From the IMG/VR virus record IMGVR_UViG_2930461776_000001, positions 23,883-87,882 of that record: DNA of 64,000 bases; one strand, given 5' to 3'. Made by a program: the position numbers and the translations under genes. Every line of letters starts with the position of its first letter. Position 1 is the stretch's first letter. Positions 54,871-63,323 of the stretch are shown piece after piece. Origin of the DNA: a virus (taxonomy: Duplodnaviria > Caudoviricetes). The notes under the pieces are model-generated. The model did no database searches. It was not told where the DNA came from and saw only the letters and a program-made list of their open reading frames with translations.

Positions 54871-55029
54871 ATGCCTGAGGCTCGCGAACGGCCGCCGCGC
54901 CGCGACGACACCGCCGCCGACATGGGCAGCCTCGTCGCCCTCGGCCGAGAGGAACCACCACCCATACCCGCGCCCAGCATCAGCCCGTTCCTCGAACCAG
55001 ACTTGCCACCGGAACCGCCGGCCGAATGA
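54871..55029 (+). CDS. 52-aa Pro/acidic peptide (not in ORF track)
   Basis: GGAG RBS; MPEARERPPRRDDTAADMGSLVALG...; ends at terminator. Confidence 0.5.
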   Translation: MPEARERPPRRDDTAADMGSLVALGREEPPPIPAPSISPFLEPDLPPEPPAE

Positions 55030-55033
55030 CAGA

Positions 55034-55072
55034 CGCCCCGCTCTCTCCGCCTTCAGGCGGGGGAGCGGGGCG
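55034..55072. terminator. Terminator ending the late operon
   Basis: CGCCCCGCTC-TCTCCGCC / GGCGGGG-GAGCGGGGCG hairpin between convergent genes. Confidence 0.8.
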
Positions 55073-55083
55073 CTTCGTTGTGC

Positions 55084-55710
55084 TCAGAACTCCAGCTGCT
55101 TCTTCACCTCGGCCACGTTCGAGCCCGTGTCGATGGACGGCATCTCCCAGCGGTGCGCCTTCTCCTCACCGTCGATGTAGATGAGCGTCCCGCCCTTCGC
55201 CTGCGCCGGCGTCAGGTCGAACGCCTTCAGCCGCCACTGGTAGGCGCCCGGCTGCACCGGGTCGGCGTTGTTGTACTTGTCGATGACGATGTTGAACGCG
55301 TTCCCGTTGTCGACGTCGACCATCTCGCCGTCCGCAGCCATCCACTTCCAGCCCCCGCCGCTGATCGGAGCAGGCTCGTCGGCGGCGACCGCGGTCATGG
55401 CTTTGTCCTTCATCGTGACCACAACGAAGGTGCCGTTCACGGCGGTCTCCCCGCCGCCCTCTTTCGTGAACACGACCGTGTCCGGCGTGATCTCCAGGAC
55501 ACCCGTCCCGCCATCACCCGTCGTCTGCGCCGGCGTCCCGAACTTCATACCCTTCTCGACCGTCCCGGGCGTCGGCTCGGCGCTTGACTCCTTCGCAGCG
55601 GAGGACTTGTTCGGCTTCGCCGCCGCATCGTCCCCGTCGTCTCCGCTGCCGCATGCGGTGAGAGCCGCCAGGAGTAGGACGGCCGTCGCCGTCGTAGTGC
55701 GAATGCGCAT
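55084..55710 (-). CDS. Lipoprotein (moron)
   Basis: Signal peptide with LTAC lipobox. Confidence 0.85.
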   Translation of the reverse strand: MRIRTTTATAVLLLAALTACGSGDDGDDAAAKPNKSSAAKESSAEPTPGTVEKGMKFGTPAQTTGDGGTGVLEITPDTVVFTKEGGGETAVNGTFVVVTMKDKAMTAVAADEPAPISGGGWKWMAADGEMVDVDNGNAFNIVIDKYNNADPVQPGAYQWRLKAFDLTPAQAKGGTLIYIDGEEKAHRWEMPSIDTGSNVAEVKKQLEF

Positions 55711-55819
55711 GATTCCCCCCAAGGTTGAACTCCGGAACACCGTAGAGCACAGGTGCTCCGAGGCGCAGCACAGTCACCGAGACGTGACAGAACGCCCTCA
55801 CCCTCCAGGGTGCGGCTGG

Positions 55820-56464
55820 CTAGTTGAGCCACCGCACCCGCGGGCTCATGGGGACCTCTACGTCGCGCGGCACGACCCACTCCTTGAATCCCTCACGCCT
55901 ACAGGTCAGGACGAGCCGCATCGGCATGTTCAACCACTGGTCGCGCCAACGCGCTTCCCGGTCGTCACCCTGCTGCCAGTGCGGAGGGCGAGTCCGCTCG
56001 ACACTGAAAGGGCGGCCCTTGCCCACCTCTAGCGAGAACGGCGCCACAGTCTTCCCGTCCGTGCCGGCGCCATCAGCGCCGTGTGTGAAACGAACAGGGC
56101 CCCACACCTGTGCATCCAACTCCTCGCGCGTCGGCCCACCCGGGATGGTTCCCGTGTGGGACATGTCGTCGCTCTGCTCGATCCGGATTCGGATCTCGTC
56201 CAGGTGACAGAGGGGGAGCGGACCAACGAGCCGCACACGGAGTGTCGCCCTGTCTCCCTCGAAGCGCTCGATGTTGATGTCGAACTGGGGGAGCAGATCA
56301 GCGTGCCACCGGTCCTCCTCAATGCGAGCAACCGTGTCCGCGGTCCTCGAGGAGCGGTGCGCAGCCAGCCACGCGCCGGCCGTCGCGACGGCACTCAACG
56401 CCGCAGTGGAGAACATGGCGACGTCGCCCCAGGGGATGTCCATGCGTCGGGAGACTAGCGGCAA
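55820..56464 (-). CDS. Hypothetical protein with N-terminal TM (start uncertain)
   Basis: Hydrophobic helix followed by globular beta domain. Confidence 0.7.
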   Translation of the reverse strand: MPLVSRRMDIPWGDVAMFSTAALSAVATAGAWLAAHRSSRTADTVARIEEDRWHADLLPQFDINIERFEGDRATLRVRLVGPLPLCHLDEIRIRIEQSDDMSHTGTIPGGPTREELDAQVWGPVRFTHGADGAGTDGKTVAPFSLEVGKGRPFSVERTRPPHWQQGDDREARWRDQWLNMPMRLVLTCRREGFKEWVVPRDVEVPMSPRVRWLN

Positions 56465-56497
56465 GCGCGCCTAGCCCGGGCCCGAGTTGACAGGCCT

Positions 56498-56536
56498 ACG
56501 CCCCGCTCCCTCGACGCGAGGGGGGGGGCGGGGCGT
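56498..56536. terminator. Hairpin terminator
   Basis: ACGCCCCGC...GCGGGGCGT; arm resembles the 55034 hairpin. Confidence 0.6.
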
Positions 56537-56543
56537 CACCGCA

Positions 56544-56831
56544 TCAGAACGGGGCGTCGCCGTTGCCGATGATGTTGTAGAAGAACGGCGAGCCAGGGGT
56601 GCGCGGCCGGTCGTTGGTCTGCGTTCGGATGAACTCGCCCTCCTGCCCGGTGTCCAGGCGGAGTCGGTAGCCGTCGACCTTGTTCTTGAGGGCGTCCCAG
56701 TGTTCACCGGGCACTGTCAATCTGCCGAACCACGACTCGCGGCCATCCTGCCGACTGCGGAGGTCCGCCCCGACCGTGAACTCTGTGCCTTCGTTGGTGA
56801 TGAGGACTGCCCGTCCCTGGTAAATGCTCAT
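56544..56831 (-). CDS. Small beta-rich hypothetical protein (DUF4873-like)
   Basis: YQGRAVL...WFGRL...LRL..GQEG.F...GNGDAPF. Confidence 0.7.
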   Translation of the reverse strand: MSIYQGRAVLITNEGTEFTVGADLRSRQDGRESWFGRLTVPGEHWDALKNKVDGYRLRLDTGQEGEFIRTQTNDRPRTPGSPFFYNIIGNGDAPF

Positions 56832-56954
56832 GCTGGCGACGCTACTCCCAGGCGCGCGGGAGGACATGGTGCGCGCGCCTCCGCGCGCTTGCCGGCGGTG
56901 GCCTTGAGCGAGAACCGCGACGGAACAGCCCCGAAACACCACGAGTTACCCTAG

Positions 56955-56988
56955 GTAGCCTCGTATAATTTCCGTTATACGAGGCTCC
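56955..56988. other. loxP-like recombination site (13-8-13)
   Basis: GTAGCCTCGTATA-ATTTCCGT-TATACGAGGCTCC; arms are inverted repeats at 12/13; left arm matches loxP arm ATAACTTCGTATA at 10/13. Confidence 0.8.
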
Positions 56989-57024
56989 TTTCCCGGGAGC
57001 CCTGCAGCCGAAGGAGCGACACTC

Positions 57025-57372
57025 GTGGCCCTCACCACGCCCACCCCCGCCGACGTTCAGGCGCTGACCGACTTCATTCTTGAGCGTGCGAACGAGGAGT
57101 GGGAGGCCGCGAGTGCCGCCCACGAGGCCGGCACGCTGGACGAAGAGGCGGCGGCCCGCTTCTACCGCATCTCAAACTGCAACAAGCTTGGGGTCGCCAG
57201 CGCCGGCAGGGCTCTGCTCGGCATCGTCCAGCACGGGGCACCCGACCTGGCCATCGAACTCTGGCACCTCCTGACCGCCGCCGGCGAGGAGTGGAGTAAC
57301 CACCCCGATTACAGCGACGTCTGGGAGAACGCCCAGCGCGCTCGGGTTCGCCGGATGATCGCAGGAGGTTGA
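57025..57372 (+). CDS. Hypothetical protein with DUF6221-like terminal motifs
   Basis: LTDFILERANEE...WSNHPDYSDVW; GAAGGAG RBS. Confidence 0.75.
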   Translation: MALTTPTPADVQALTDFILERANEEWEAASAAHEAGTLDEEAAARFYRISNCNKLGVASAGRALLGIVQHGAPDLAIELWHLLTAAGEEWSNHPDYSDVWENAQRARVRRMIAGG

Positions 57373-57376
57373 AGCC

Positions 57377-58540
57377 GTGGCCCTGGACGACGAGACGGAG
57401 ATTGTCGATGCCGAGCTGATCAGCGAAGGTCACCTCCCGGCCCTGCCCGCCGGGGGCGCGTCTGTCCCGCCGCTCATCGACCGGCACACGATTCTCGTCC
57501 CCGGCGAGCCGCTACCCACGGAAGCCGAACAGCCGACCTACACCGAACGCGACCTTTACGTCAGCAAGACCACCGCCGAACGACTCAAGAACAAGTCCAA
57601 GCCCAAGAACACGTCCCGCACCTACGACAACCAGCGCGACCTCTTTCGCCGATGGTGCGAACAGCAGGGCCGTGTCGCTCGGCCCTGCACCACCGCCACC
57701 TACGTCGAGTACGTCGCCACGCTCATCGAAGCCGGCCGTGCCCCCAACGCCGTCAGTGTCGCCATGTCCGCCATCCGTACCTGGATGCCTGACGACAAGA
57801 AGCCCGGCACCCAAGAAGCTCGCGGCATGCTCAACGAGTACAAGAAGGAATGGAGCAAGCGCGTCGGCGTGAGGAAGGCGCCCGCCATCACCGACGACAT
57901 GATCCGAGCCATGGTCGCCAGCTGTGACCCACAGAACCCCATCGGCATCCGCGACCGCTGCGCCCTCCTCCTCGGCCGCGGCGCGCTGAACCGGCGGAGC
58001 GAACTGGCCGACCTCACCATCGGCAACGTCACCGTCGAATCAGACGGCGTAGCCCTGTACTTCTCCTCGTCCAAGACCGATCAGGAAGCCAAGGGCGAAG
58101 AGACCTTCATCCCAGCCTGGGACGACCTGGGCATCGACCCCGTCCACGCCACCCGTGCCTGGCTCAACGTTCTGCATGAACTCGGCGTCCGCGAAGGCGC
58201 CTTCCTGCGAGCTCTCACACGGGAAGGCCGACTCCAGTCCCGCATCACAGCCACCGAACGAGGCGATCACGTCACTGGAGACGCCATCAACGAATGGGTC
58301 CGCGGACGCGCCAAGCTCGCCGGGATCAAAGGATGGGAGAAGGTCACCGCCCACGGCCTACGCCGCGGCGGCGCCCAAGCGATCGCGGACGCTGGAGGCG
58401 ATCCCACGCACCAGGGGCGATGGCAGGAAGGGTCGGCGGTCGTGAAGCGGGAGTACCTCGACCGCGCCTCAAGCCGCCGCGACAATCCGTGGCTCAAGCT
58501 CGCCCGACCCACACCGAATGAGGGACAGGAGGCGCAGTGA
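57377..58540 (+). CDS. Cre-like tyrosine recombinase
   Basis: NTSRTY...F..WC N-domain; RDRCALLL...RRSEL (R), SKTDQ (K), HGLRRG (HxxR), GRW (W), REYLD (Y). Confidence 0.92.
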   Translation: MALDDETEIVDAELISEGHLPALPAGGASVPPLIDRHTILVPGEPLPTEAEQPTYTERDLYVSKTTAERLKNKSKPKNTSRTYDNQRDLFRRWCEQQGRVARPCTTATYVEYVATLIEAGRAPNAVSVAMSAIRTWMPDDKKPGTQEARGMLNEYKKEWSKRVGVRKAPAITDDMIRAMVASCDPQNPIGIRDRCALLLGRGALNRRSELADLTIGNVTVESDGVALYFSSSKTDQEAKGEETFIPAWDDLGIDPVHATRAWLNVLHELGVREGAFLRALTREGRLQSRITATERGDHVTGDAINEWVRGRAKLAGIKGWEKVTAHGLRRGGAQAIADAGGDPTHQGRWQEGSAVVKREYLDRASSRRDNPWLKLARPTPNEGQEAQ

Positions 58541-58704
58541 GCGACGACTCGCCTGAGGAGCGCCCGCGAGACTGGATGGAGGTCTGGTACGAGACCGGAG
58601 AGATCACCTGGCAGAAGCAGCTCACGCCGGAAGCCAATGCGCGCATCCTCGACCTCTTCGACGAACTACAGCGAGAGCAGGATGCCGAGGACGGCGACGA
58701 GTAG
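58537..58704 (+). CDS. 55-aa acidic protein (not in ORF track)
   Basis: GTGA coupling with AGGAGG RBS; MSDDSPEERPRDWMEVWYETGEITW. Confidence 0.55.
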   Translation: MSDDSPEERPRDWMEVWYETGEITWQKQLTPEANARILDLFDELQREQDAEDGDE

Positions 58705-58730
58705 GACGCCCCATGTCACACTGACGTCAG

Positions 58731-58761
58731 GCCCCGCCGGGCTCCCCCGTCTCGGCGGGGC
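58731..58761. terminator. Hairpin terminator between convergent genes
   Basis: GCCCCGCCGGG / TCTCGGCGGGGC stem. Confidence 0.65.
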
Positions 58762-58770
58762 TTCTGCCTG

Positions 58771-59262
58771 CTAGTCGTCTGGGGTGTCGAGTACTGTCGC
58801 GGCCTTGGTGACGAACTGGTTGGTCGCGGTGATTACGTCCTGGGAGAGTCGCGCCCATTGAGCGGGTGGGATAGGCAGCGGGATTGGCCTCAGCTGGCGG
58901 GTTCGTTGGTAGACGGCGCCTGCCGCGCTCACAACGGCCTTGGCCGGCGCATGCATTTCGGCCGGGCCGACGAGTCGGACTCCTGCCTCGGCTGCCGCCA
59001 GTGTTTCGAGTGCGCCAGCAAGGTTGGCTGACGGCCTGCTGGTTGGGATGCGCCATAGGTCCATGGCTGCGGTGAAGCCGTCTGCGGCGGTGAGAACTCG
59101 TTGGTACGCGTCCAGGCGGTTCTGGCGCTGCCAGTGTCGGTGCTCAATGAGTCCTTGGTCCGCAACTTGGCGACGCCCGGCGCGATAGGCGATGACGCCG
59201 GCGACGATTGCGAAGATGCCAGCTAGGACGGCTGCGCCGAGCATCCCCCAGCCTTCGCTCAT
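58771..59262 (-). CDS. Hypothetical protein with N-terminal TM
   Basis: GAAVLAGIFAIVAG TM; WQRQNRLDAY helix. Confidence 0.7.
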   Translation of the reverse strand: MSEGWGMLGAAVLAGIFAIVAGVIAYRAGRRQVADQGLIEHRHWQRQNRLDAYQRVLTAADGFTAAMDLWRIPTSRPSANLAGALETLAAAEAGVRLVGPAEMHAPAKAVVSAAGAVYQRTRQLRPIPLPIPPAQWARLSQDVITATNQFVTKAATVLDTPDD

Positions 59263-59369
59263 GTCCCATCCGATGCGGTCACCGACGTCTCGGCTCTTTT
59301 CGACGGCTATGGTCAACTTCACGAAGGTCATCTAACTGCATGCTGGCGCCGGTCCCGGACCTTCACGCG

Positions 59370-59543
59370 TCAGGCCTTCGGCTCGGGCAACTGTCCCGGC
59401 CTGACGAGTACGACCTCGACGCTGGTCGCGCCAGCGCCCTTCAGCTCGGTCTTGCGCTGCTCGGCGCTGGCCTTGTTGTAGGCGACAGCGGAGGCCCGCG
59501 GTGTGCCGTCGGATGTGGTCCAGGTGAGGGCGTAGTTCTGCAT
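59370..59543 (-). CDS. Small hypothetical protein (probably leaderless)
   Basis: MQNYALTWT..DGTPRASAVAY; -10-like hexamer 7 nt upstream. Confidence 0.65.
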   Translation of the reverse strand: MQNYALTWTTSDGTPRASAVAYNKASAEQRKTELKGAGATSVEVVLVRPGQLPEPKA

Positions 59544-59550
59544 GGTTGCC

Positions 59551-59572
59551 ATCATCGCTGGCGGCACTGACA
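59551..59572 (-). promoter_or_regulatory. RecA-NDp/PafBC-type promoter motif
   Basis: TGTCAG-N10-GATGAT, 7 nt before ATG. Confidence 0.5.
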
Positions 59573-59589
59573 GCGGGCCTCCGTGATGG

Positions 59590-59910
59590 TTAGAGGCAGC
59601 TCTTGAACGAGAAGTGCGTGGCGTTCCCGTCCGGGTGGATCACCCAGAAGCAGCGGGTGTTGCCCGTGCCATCGGGGTTGACCTGGACCTTGAATCCGGC
59701 GATGCCGGTCCCGATCTTCTCTTCGGCTTCGGGGTGCCGCTGGACGAGTGCCGTAAGGAAGGCGATGTGGGTCGGGTCGGTGACGTCTTGGGGCTGACCG
59801 GATCCGGTTCCGGTCTCGCCCGGGTAGGTGTAGAGGATCTCCTGGCACCTGGCGGTGGCCGCTGCCTTGCTGGGGAAGCTCTCGCTTCCGATTTGTGTAG
59901 TTATAGCCAT
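59590..59910 (-). CDS. DCL (DUF3223)-domain protein
   Basis: LVQRHPEAEEKIGTGIAGFKV...RCFWVI..DG....FSFKSC. Confidence 0.85.
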   Translation of the reverse strand: MAITTQIGSESFPSKAAATARCQEILYTYPGETGTGSGQPQDVTDPTHIAFLTALVQRHPEAEEKIGTGIAGFKVQVNPDGTGNTRCFWVIHPDGNATHFSFKSCL

Positions 59911-60029
59911 ACCCTCACGGTCGGCTAGGTGAATGGAGTGGGGCAAGCGAATAACCCGCAGCACCGGGTCGCGAGCCGTCTGCGCCGCTCGTAGGCTGGC
60001 AGTGCTCGGGGCTACTGCGGAGGTCCCTC

Positions 60030-60917
60030 ATGCCCCGAAACGTGTGGTCAGGCGCCATCTCGTTCGGTCTGGTGACGGTGCCGATCCACGTCCAGTCCGC
60101 GACCGAGGATCACAGCATCCGGTTCCACCAGTACCACCTGGAGGATATGGGCCGGGTGCGGGTGAAGAAGTTCTGCGAGGTCGAGGACCGCGAGGTCTCG
60201 AACGCTGAGATCGGCAAGGGCTACCAGCTGACGAAGGAGCAGGTCATCCCGATCTCCGATGAGGAGCTGCGGGAACTGCCGTTGCCGACGGCGAAGGCGA
60301 TCGAGATCGAGGCGTTCGTGCCATTGGAGAGCGTTGATCCGATCCGGATCGGCGAGGGGTATTACCTGGCGCCGGACGGGCAGGTGGCGGCGAAGCCGTA
60401 CAAGCTGCTGCGGCAGGCGTTGGAGCGCTCGTCGAAGGTGGCTGTTGCGAAGTATGCGTGGTCGGGACGTGAGCGGCTGGGGCTGCTGCGGGTGAAGGGC
60501 GATGTGATCGTGCTGCATGCGATGCGCTGGCCGGACGAGATCCGCGACCCGTCCGAGCTGCTGCCCGAGCCGGTGGAACTGACCGACGAGGAGATCGACG
60601 GTGCGCTCGCCCTCATGGACTCGATGACCCGCGAGGATCTGGATGATCCAGAGTTCCGCGACACCTACACGGACGCGGTCGCGAAGATCATCGAGGCGAA
60701 GCGGGACGACAAGCCGCTGCCTGCCGCCCCGGAGCCGGAAGCCCAGCCGGGCCAGCTGGTGGATCTGATGTCCGCACTGAACGAGTCAGTGAAGAAGGCC
60801 CGCGCCTCCCGCGGCGAGGACGCCGATGTGCACGAGCTGCCGAGGAAGAAGGCCGCCAGGAAGACAGCGACGAAGCAGCCGGCTAAGAAGACGGCTCGGA
60901 AACCACGGTCCGCCTAG
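60030..60917 (+). CDS. ku: Ku DNA end-binding protein
   Basis: WSGAISFGLVTVP...IGKGY...YYLAP...KPY.LL...WPDEIR...VDLMSAL.ESV, basic tail. Confidence 0.95.
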   Translation: MPRNVWSGAISFGLVTVPIHVQSATEDHSIRFHQYHLEDMGRVRVKKFCEVEDREVSNAEIGKGYQLTKEQVIPISDEELRELPLPTAKAIEIEAFVPLESVDPIRIGEGYYLAPDGQVAAKPYKLLRQALERSSKVAVAKYAWSGRERLGLLRVKGDVIVLHAMRWPDEIRDPSELLPEPVELTDEEIDGALALMDSMTREDLDDPEFRDTYTDAVAKIIEAKRDDKPLPAAPEPEAQPGQLVDLMSALNESVKKARASRGEDADVHELPRKKAARKTATKQPAKKTARKPRSA

Positions 60918-61255
60918 CCGTCCAGGAATCCGAGTTCGCTGTCGGGCCGGCAGTGCGGGCAGGCTTCGACGCCTTCGGTGAGGGCCCGTAGTGCGGTGGT
61001 CTGGTCGACGCCTTTGCAGCGCTTGCCCGCCATGTGGCAGCCGCCGACGTGGACGTAGACGGGTGGCACGTCTCGCCCGAGGCCCTGCTCGAGCATCCAG
61101 TCGGGTGCGGGTGGCCGTGCGTCGATGCCGCGCTGCCGCTCGGTCTCGCGTCGTTCTTCGTCGGCGATCCACTTCTGGGTGCGCTGTAGGTCGTTGAGCT
61201 GGACGCGTTCCAGGAAGCGGAGCAGTGCGAGTCTCGAAGGGGCCGGGTCGTTCAC
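60914..61255 (-). CDS. DUF6233-family protein
   Basis: W.LE...VHVGGC...ACPHCRPDSELG. Confidence 0.82.
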   Translation of the reverse strand: MNDPAPSRLALLRFLERVQLNDLQRTQKWIADEERRETERQRGIDARPPAPDWMLEQGLGRDVPPVYVHVGGCHMAGKRCKGVDQTTALRALTEGVEACPHCRPDSELGFLDG

Positions 61256-61263
61256 GTGTTCGA
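61248..61263 (-). promoter_or_regulatory. LexA (SOS) box-like site overlapping a leaderless start
   Basis: Minus strand TCGAAC-ACGT-GAACGA directly after TAGAAT -10; fits TCGAAC-N4-GNNCGA. Confidence 0.6.
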
Positions 61264-61313
61264 TTCTAGTCGCTAGTGTGGCCTGCGCATCATCACGAGG
61301 TGGAGGAGGCGGC

Positions 61314-61709
61314 GTGGAAGACCGGGAGCGGATGACTGTCGAGGAGCTGATGCAGCGCTACGCCGTCGACCCGGTCGGCCTGGACCCCGCGCCCGCCAAG
61401 CCCGCCATGCGGGAGATCCTGGCCCGCTTCGACCAGCAGTGGACACTGCCCTGCACGGCCTGCGGCAAGATGCGGGACTGCCAGACCGCCCTGTCGGTGG
61501 CCTTCCCCGGCTACGGCCCGCGGTGGGTCGACCTGTGCCGGGAGCACTGGCTCGCAACGATGTCGCCATGGCGTGGACCGACGACAGTGGAGGGCATCAT
61601 GCAGGACCTCCGGGAGGTGATCGCCGAGGTGTCGGCCAAGCTGGGCACTCCGGCGAGAGTGCAGGTATGGACGGATGAGACCGGCTGGCAGGACGAGCCC
61701 TGTGGATGA
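61314..61709 (+). CDS. Hypothetical protein with CxxC...DLCxxH
   Basis: GGAGGAGG RBS; PCTACG...RWVDLCREH. Confidence 0.7.
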   Translation: MEDRERMTVEELMQRYAVDPVGLDPAPAKPAMREILARFDQQWTLPCTACGKMRDCQTALSVAFPGYGPRWVDLCREHWLATMSPWRGPTTVEGIMQDLREVIAEVSAKLGTPARVQVWTDETGWQDEPCG

Positions 61710-61902
61710 GCCCGGTCGATACCACCTCATCCTCACCGCCGGCGGCCGTCCGGTGCAGCATGGCTGGTGGGGGAGCGAGGCGGTCGCGCGCAGGAAGTTC
61801 ACGCGCTGGGTGGGCGAGCACGGCGCCATCCCGGGTGCCCGCGTCACCCTCGTCGACGAGGAGACCGGCACCGTGTTGACGACCTGGCCCGAGGAGCCGT
61901 GA
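61702..61902 (+). CDS. Small conserved-type hypothetical protein
   Basis: RYHL.LT..GRPVQHGWW.SE..ARRKF..WVGE. Confidence 0.7.
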   Translation: MDEPGRYHLILTAGGRPVQHGWWGSEAVARRKFTRWVGEHGAIPGARVTLVDEETGTVLTTWPEEP

Positions 61903-62096
61903 TCGTCTGCCATGCTTCCCGCATGATCCATGAGGAAGAGCCCGCCGTAGTCGAAGAAGATGACCCCTTCGAGGACGTCCAGGCGGACTTCGCCGAACCA
62001 AGTCCGGCCGGCACCTACGTGCTGTCCACTCGACGCCCCGGCGCGGAGGGCGCAACCGTATGATCCTCCCCTGAACTTTCGAGGGGGGATCGCGTC

Positions 62097-62507
62097 ATGT
62101 CGCAGAACACGGGCACAGGAAGACCCGGCCCGAACCGGGCCTTGATGGTGCTGGCCGGAGTCGCCGTCCTGGCCGCCGCTGTCGGCGGCTTCGCGGCAGG
62201 CCGAGAGACCGCACCGGCCGGGGACAGCAAGGCCGGATGCGCCTCGACTGAGACATCCCTGCGAGGACTACTCGACGAGTCCAGTGCCGCGCCCGCATCC
62301 GAGGACCAGGCGACGAAGAACCAGCGGCTGTCGACGATGGCCAACCTGATCCTGCAGAACCCGGACTGCTTCGACGCGGAGACGCGCGCCCAGGCGCAGA
62401 CGGCGAAGGACCAGATAGCGGCCGGCGCTGACGCCCAGGCACTGTCGGATGCGGCAGCACGGGCAGCGCAGTGCGCCGACCCGAACCGGCTCACCTCAGT
62501 CTGCTGA
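62097..62507 (+). CDS. Secreted/membrane-anchored hypothetical protein
   Basis: TM helix; ILQNPDCF motif. Confidence 0.7.
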   Translation: MSQNTGTGRPGPNRALMVLAGVAVLAAAVGGFAAGRETAPAGDSKAGCASTETSLRGLLDESSAAPASEDQATKNQRLSTMANLILQNPDCFDAETRAQAQTAKDQIAAGADAQALSDAAARAAQCADPNRLTSVC

Positions 62508-62517
62508 CCCGCCCGAT

Positions 62518-62539
62518 TGTCAGTGGCCCCTCGTAGCCT
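62518..62539 (+). promoter_or_regulatory. RecA-NDp/PafBC-type promoter motif
   Basis: TGTCAG-N10-TAGCCT; no convincing gene downstream. Confidence 0.5.
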
Positions 62540-62624
62540 GGGCTCGTTGTCCGCATGTGCTCTGCCGGACAGCTACTCGAAGTCGCCCCGCCCGGCGTGA
62601 TGCACCGGACGGGGCGTACTGCTG

Positions 62625-62816
62625 TCACCAGCCGGAGCTGCTCTCGCACCGCCGGTTCCTGCAGTAATAGGCGACCACGACCTTAGGGTCGGGGCTTGTG
62701 TCGTCGTTATCCGGCGCGTCTGCGTAGCGCGGCTTCTCGGTGCCACCGCAGCTGCGACAACGGCGCGGCTTCAGCCGGAGGTACTCCGACATGCGCATCT
62801 CGGTTGAGTGGGTCAT
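62625..62816 (-). CDS. Small Zn-ribbon-like protein
   Basis: CRSC...CRNRRC. Confidence 0.5.
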   Translation of the reverse strand: MTHSTEMRMSEYLRLKPRRCRSCGGTEKPRYADAPDNDDTSPDPKVVVAYYCRNRRCESSSGW

Positions 62817-62873
62817 GGCCTGACGGTGACACGGAAACGGCCGCTTGTCTGAGGTGCCTTCCCCCGCCGCAGG

Positions 62874-63074
62874 TCAGGCGTCGTCCCCGTGCCGCACGGC
62901 TTGCTTGAGCCGCATCTCGACGTCGATGCGCGCCAGCCCGGACTCCTCGGCGAACGCCCCGACGGCCGCGTGTACGGCTTGGGCGGTGGCGACGGTGAGT
63001 GCGCCGCGCTGCTGCTCCTCCCAGGCGGAACGTTCCAGCGCGATCAGGTTGTCGGGGAAGTCGGTGTCAGTCAC
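62874..63074 (-). CDS. Small hypothetical protein
   Basis: FPDNLI.LER.AW...R.DVEM.LK.AVRH; TAAGAT upstream. Confidence 0.7.
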   Translation of the reverse strand: MTDTDFPDNLIALERSAWEEQQRGALTVATAQAVHAAVGAFAEESGLARIDVEMRLKQAVRHGDDA

Positions 63075-63110
63075 GAGTGCAGATCTTAAGCCGCCCCGGT
63101 CACGGGCTCT

Positions 63111-63320
63111 TCACGCGGCCGTCGTGACGTCTCCGCGCCTCTGCTCACCACGTATCGCATCGAGCATGGCCCGTTCCACTGCGGCCTGGTAGGCGGCGCG
63201 CTGCTCCTGGTCCGGCATGTCCTCGTGTGCGCCCATCCACAGAAGCGTCTCAGTCCAGCATTCGGGCTTCATGACGTGGAAGTCGGCATGCAGAAGGCAC
63301 GCCGTGATCGGTCCGCGCAC
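63111..63320 (-). CDS. Small hypothetical protein
   Basis: GGGAGG RBS; operon continuation. Confidence 0.55.
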   Translation of the reverse strand: MRGPITACLLHADFHVMKPECWTETLLWMGAHEDMPDQEQRAAYQAAVERAMLDAIRGEQRRGDVTTAA

Positions 63321-63323
63321 GGC

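Noticed and set aside
56520-56528. G9 homopolymer as a phase-variation tract
   Set aside because: It is intergenic and forms one arm of a terminator-like hairpin
57377-58540. Tyrosine recombinase as the prophage integrase marking an att end
   Set aside because: It has Cre-type rather than lambda-Int-type features, no tRNA or att core is visible nearby, and phage-type accessory genes continue on both sides
59976-59997. PafBC-type promoter for ku
   Set aside because: A TAGGCT -10 is present but the upstream hexamer does not match TGTC(A/G)G at the required spacing
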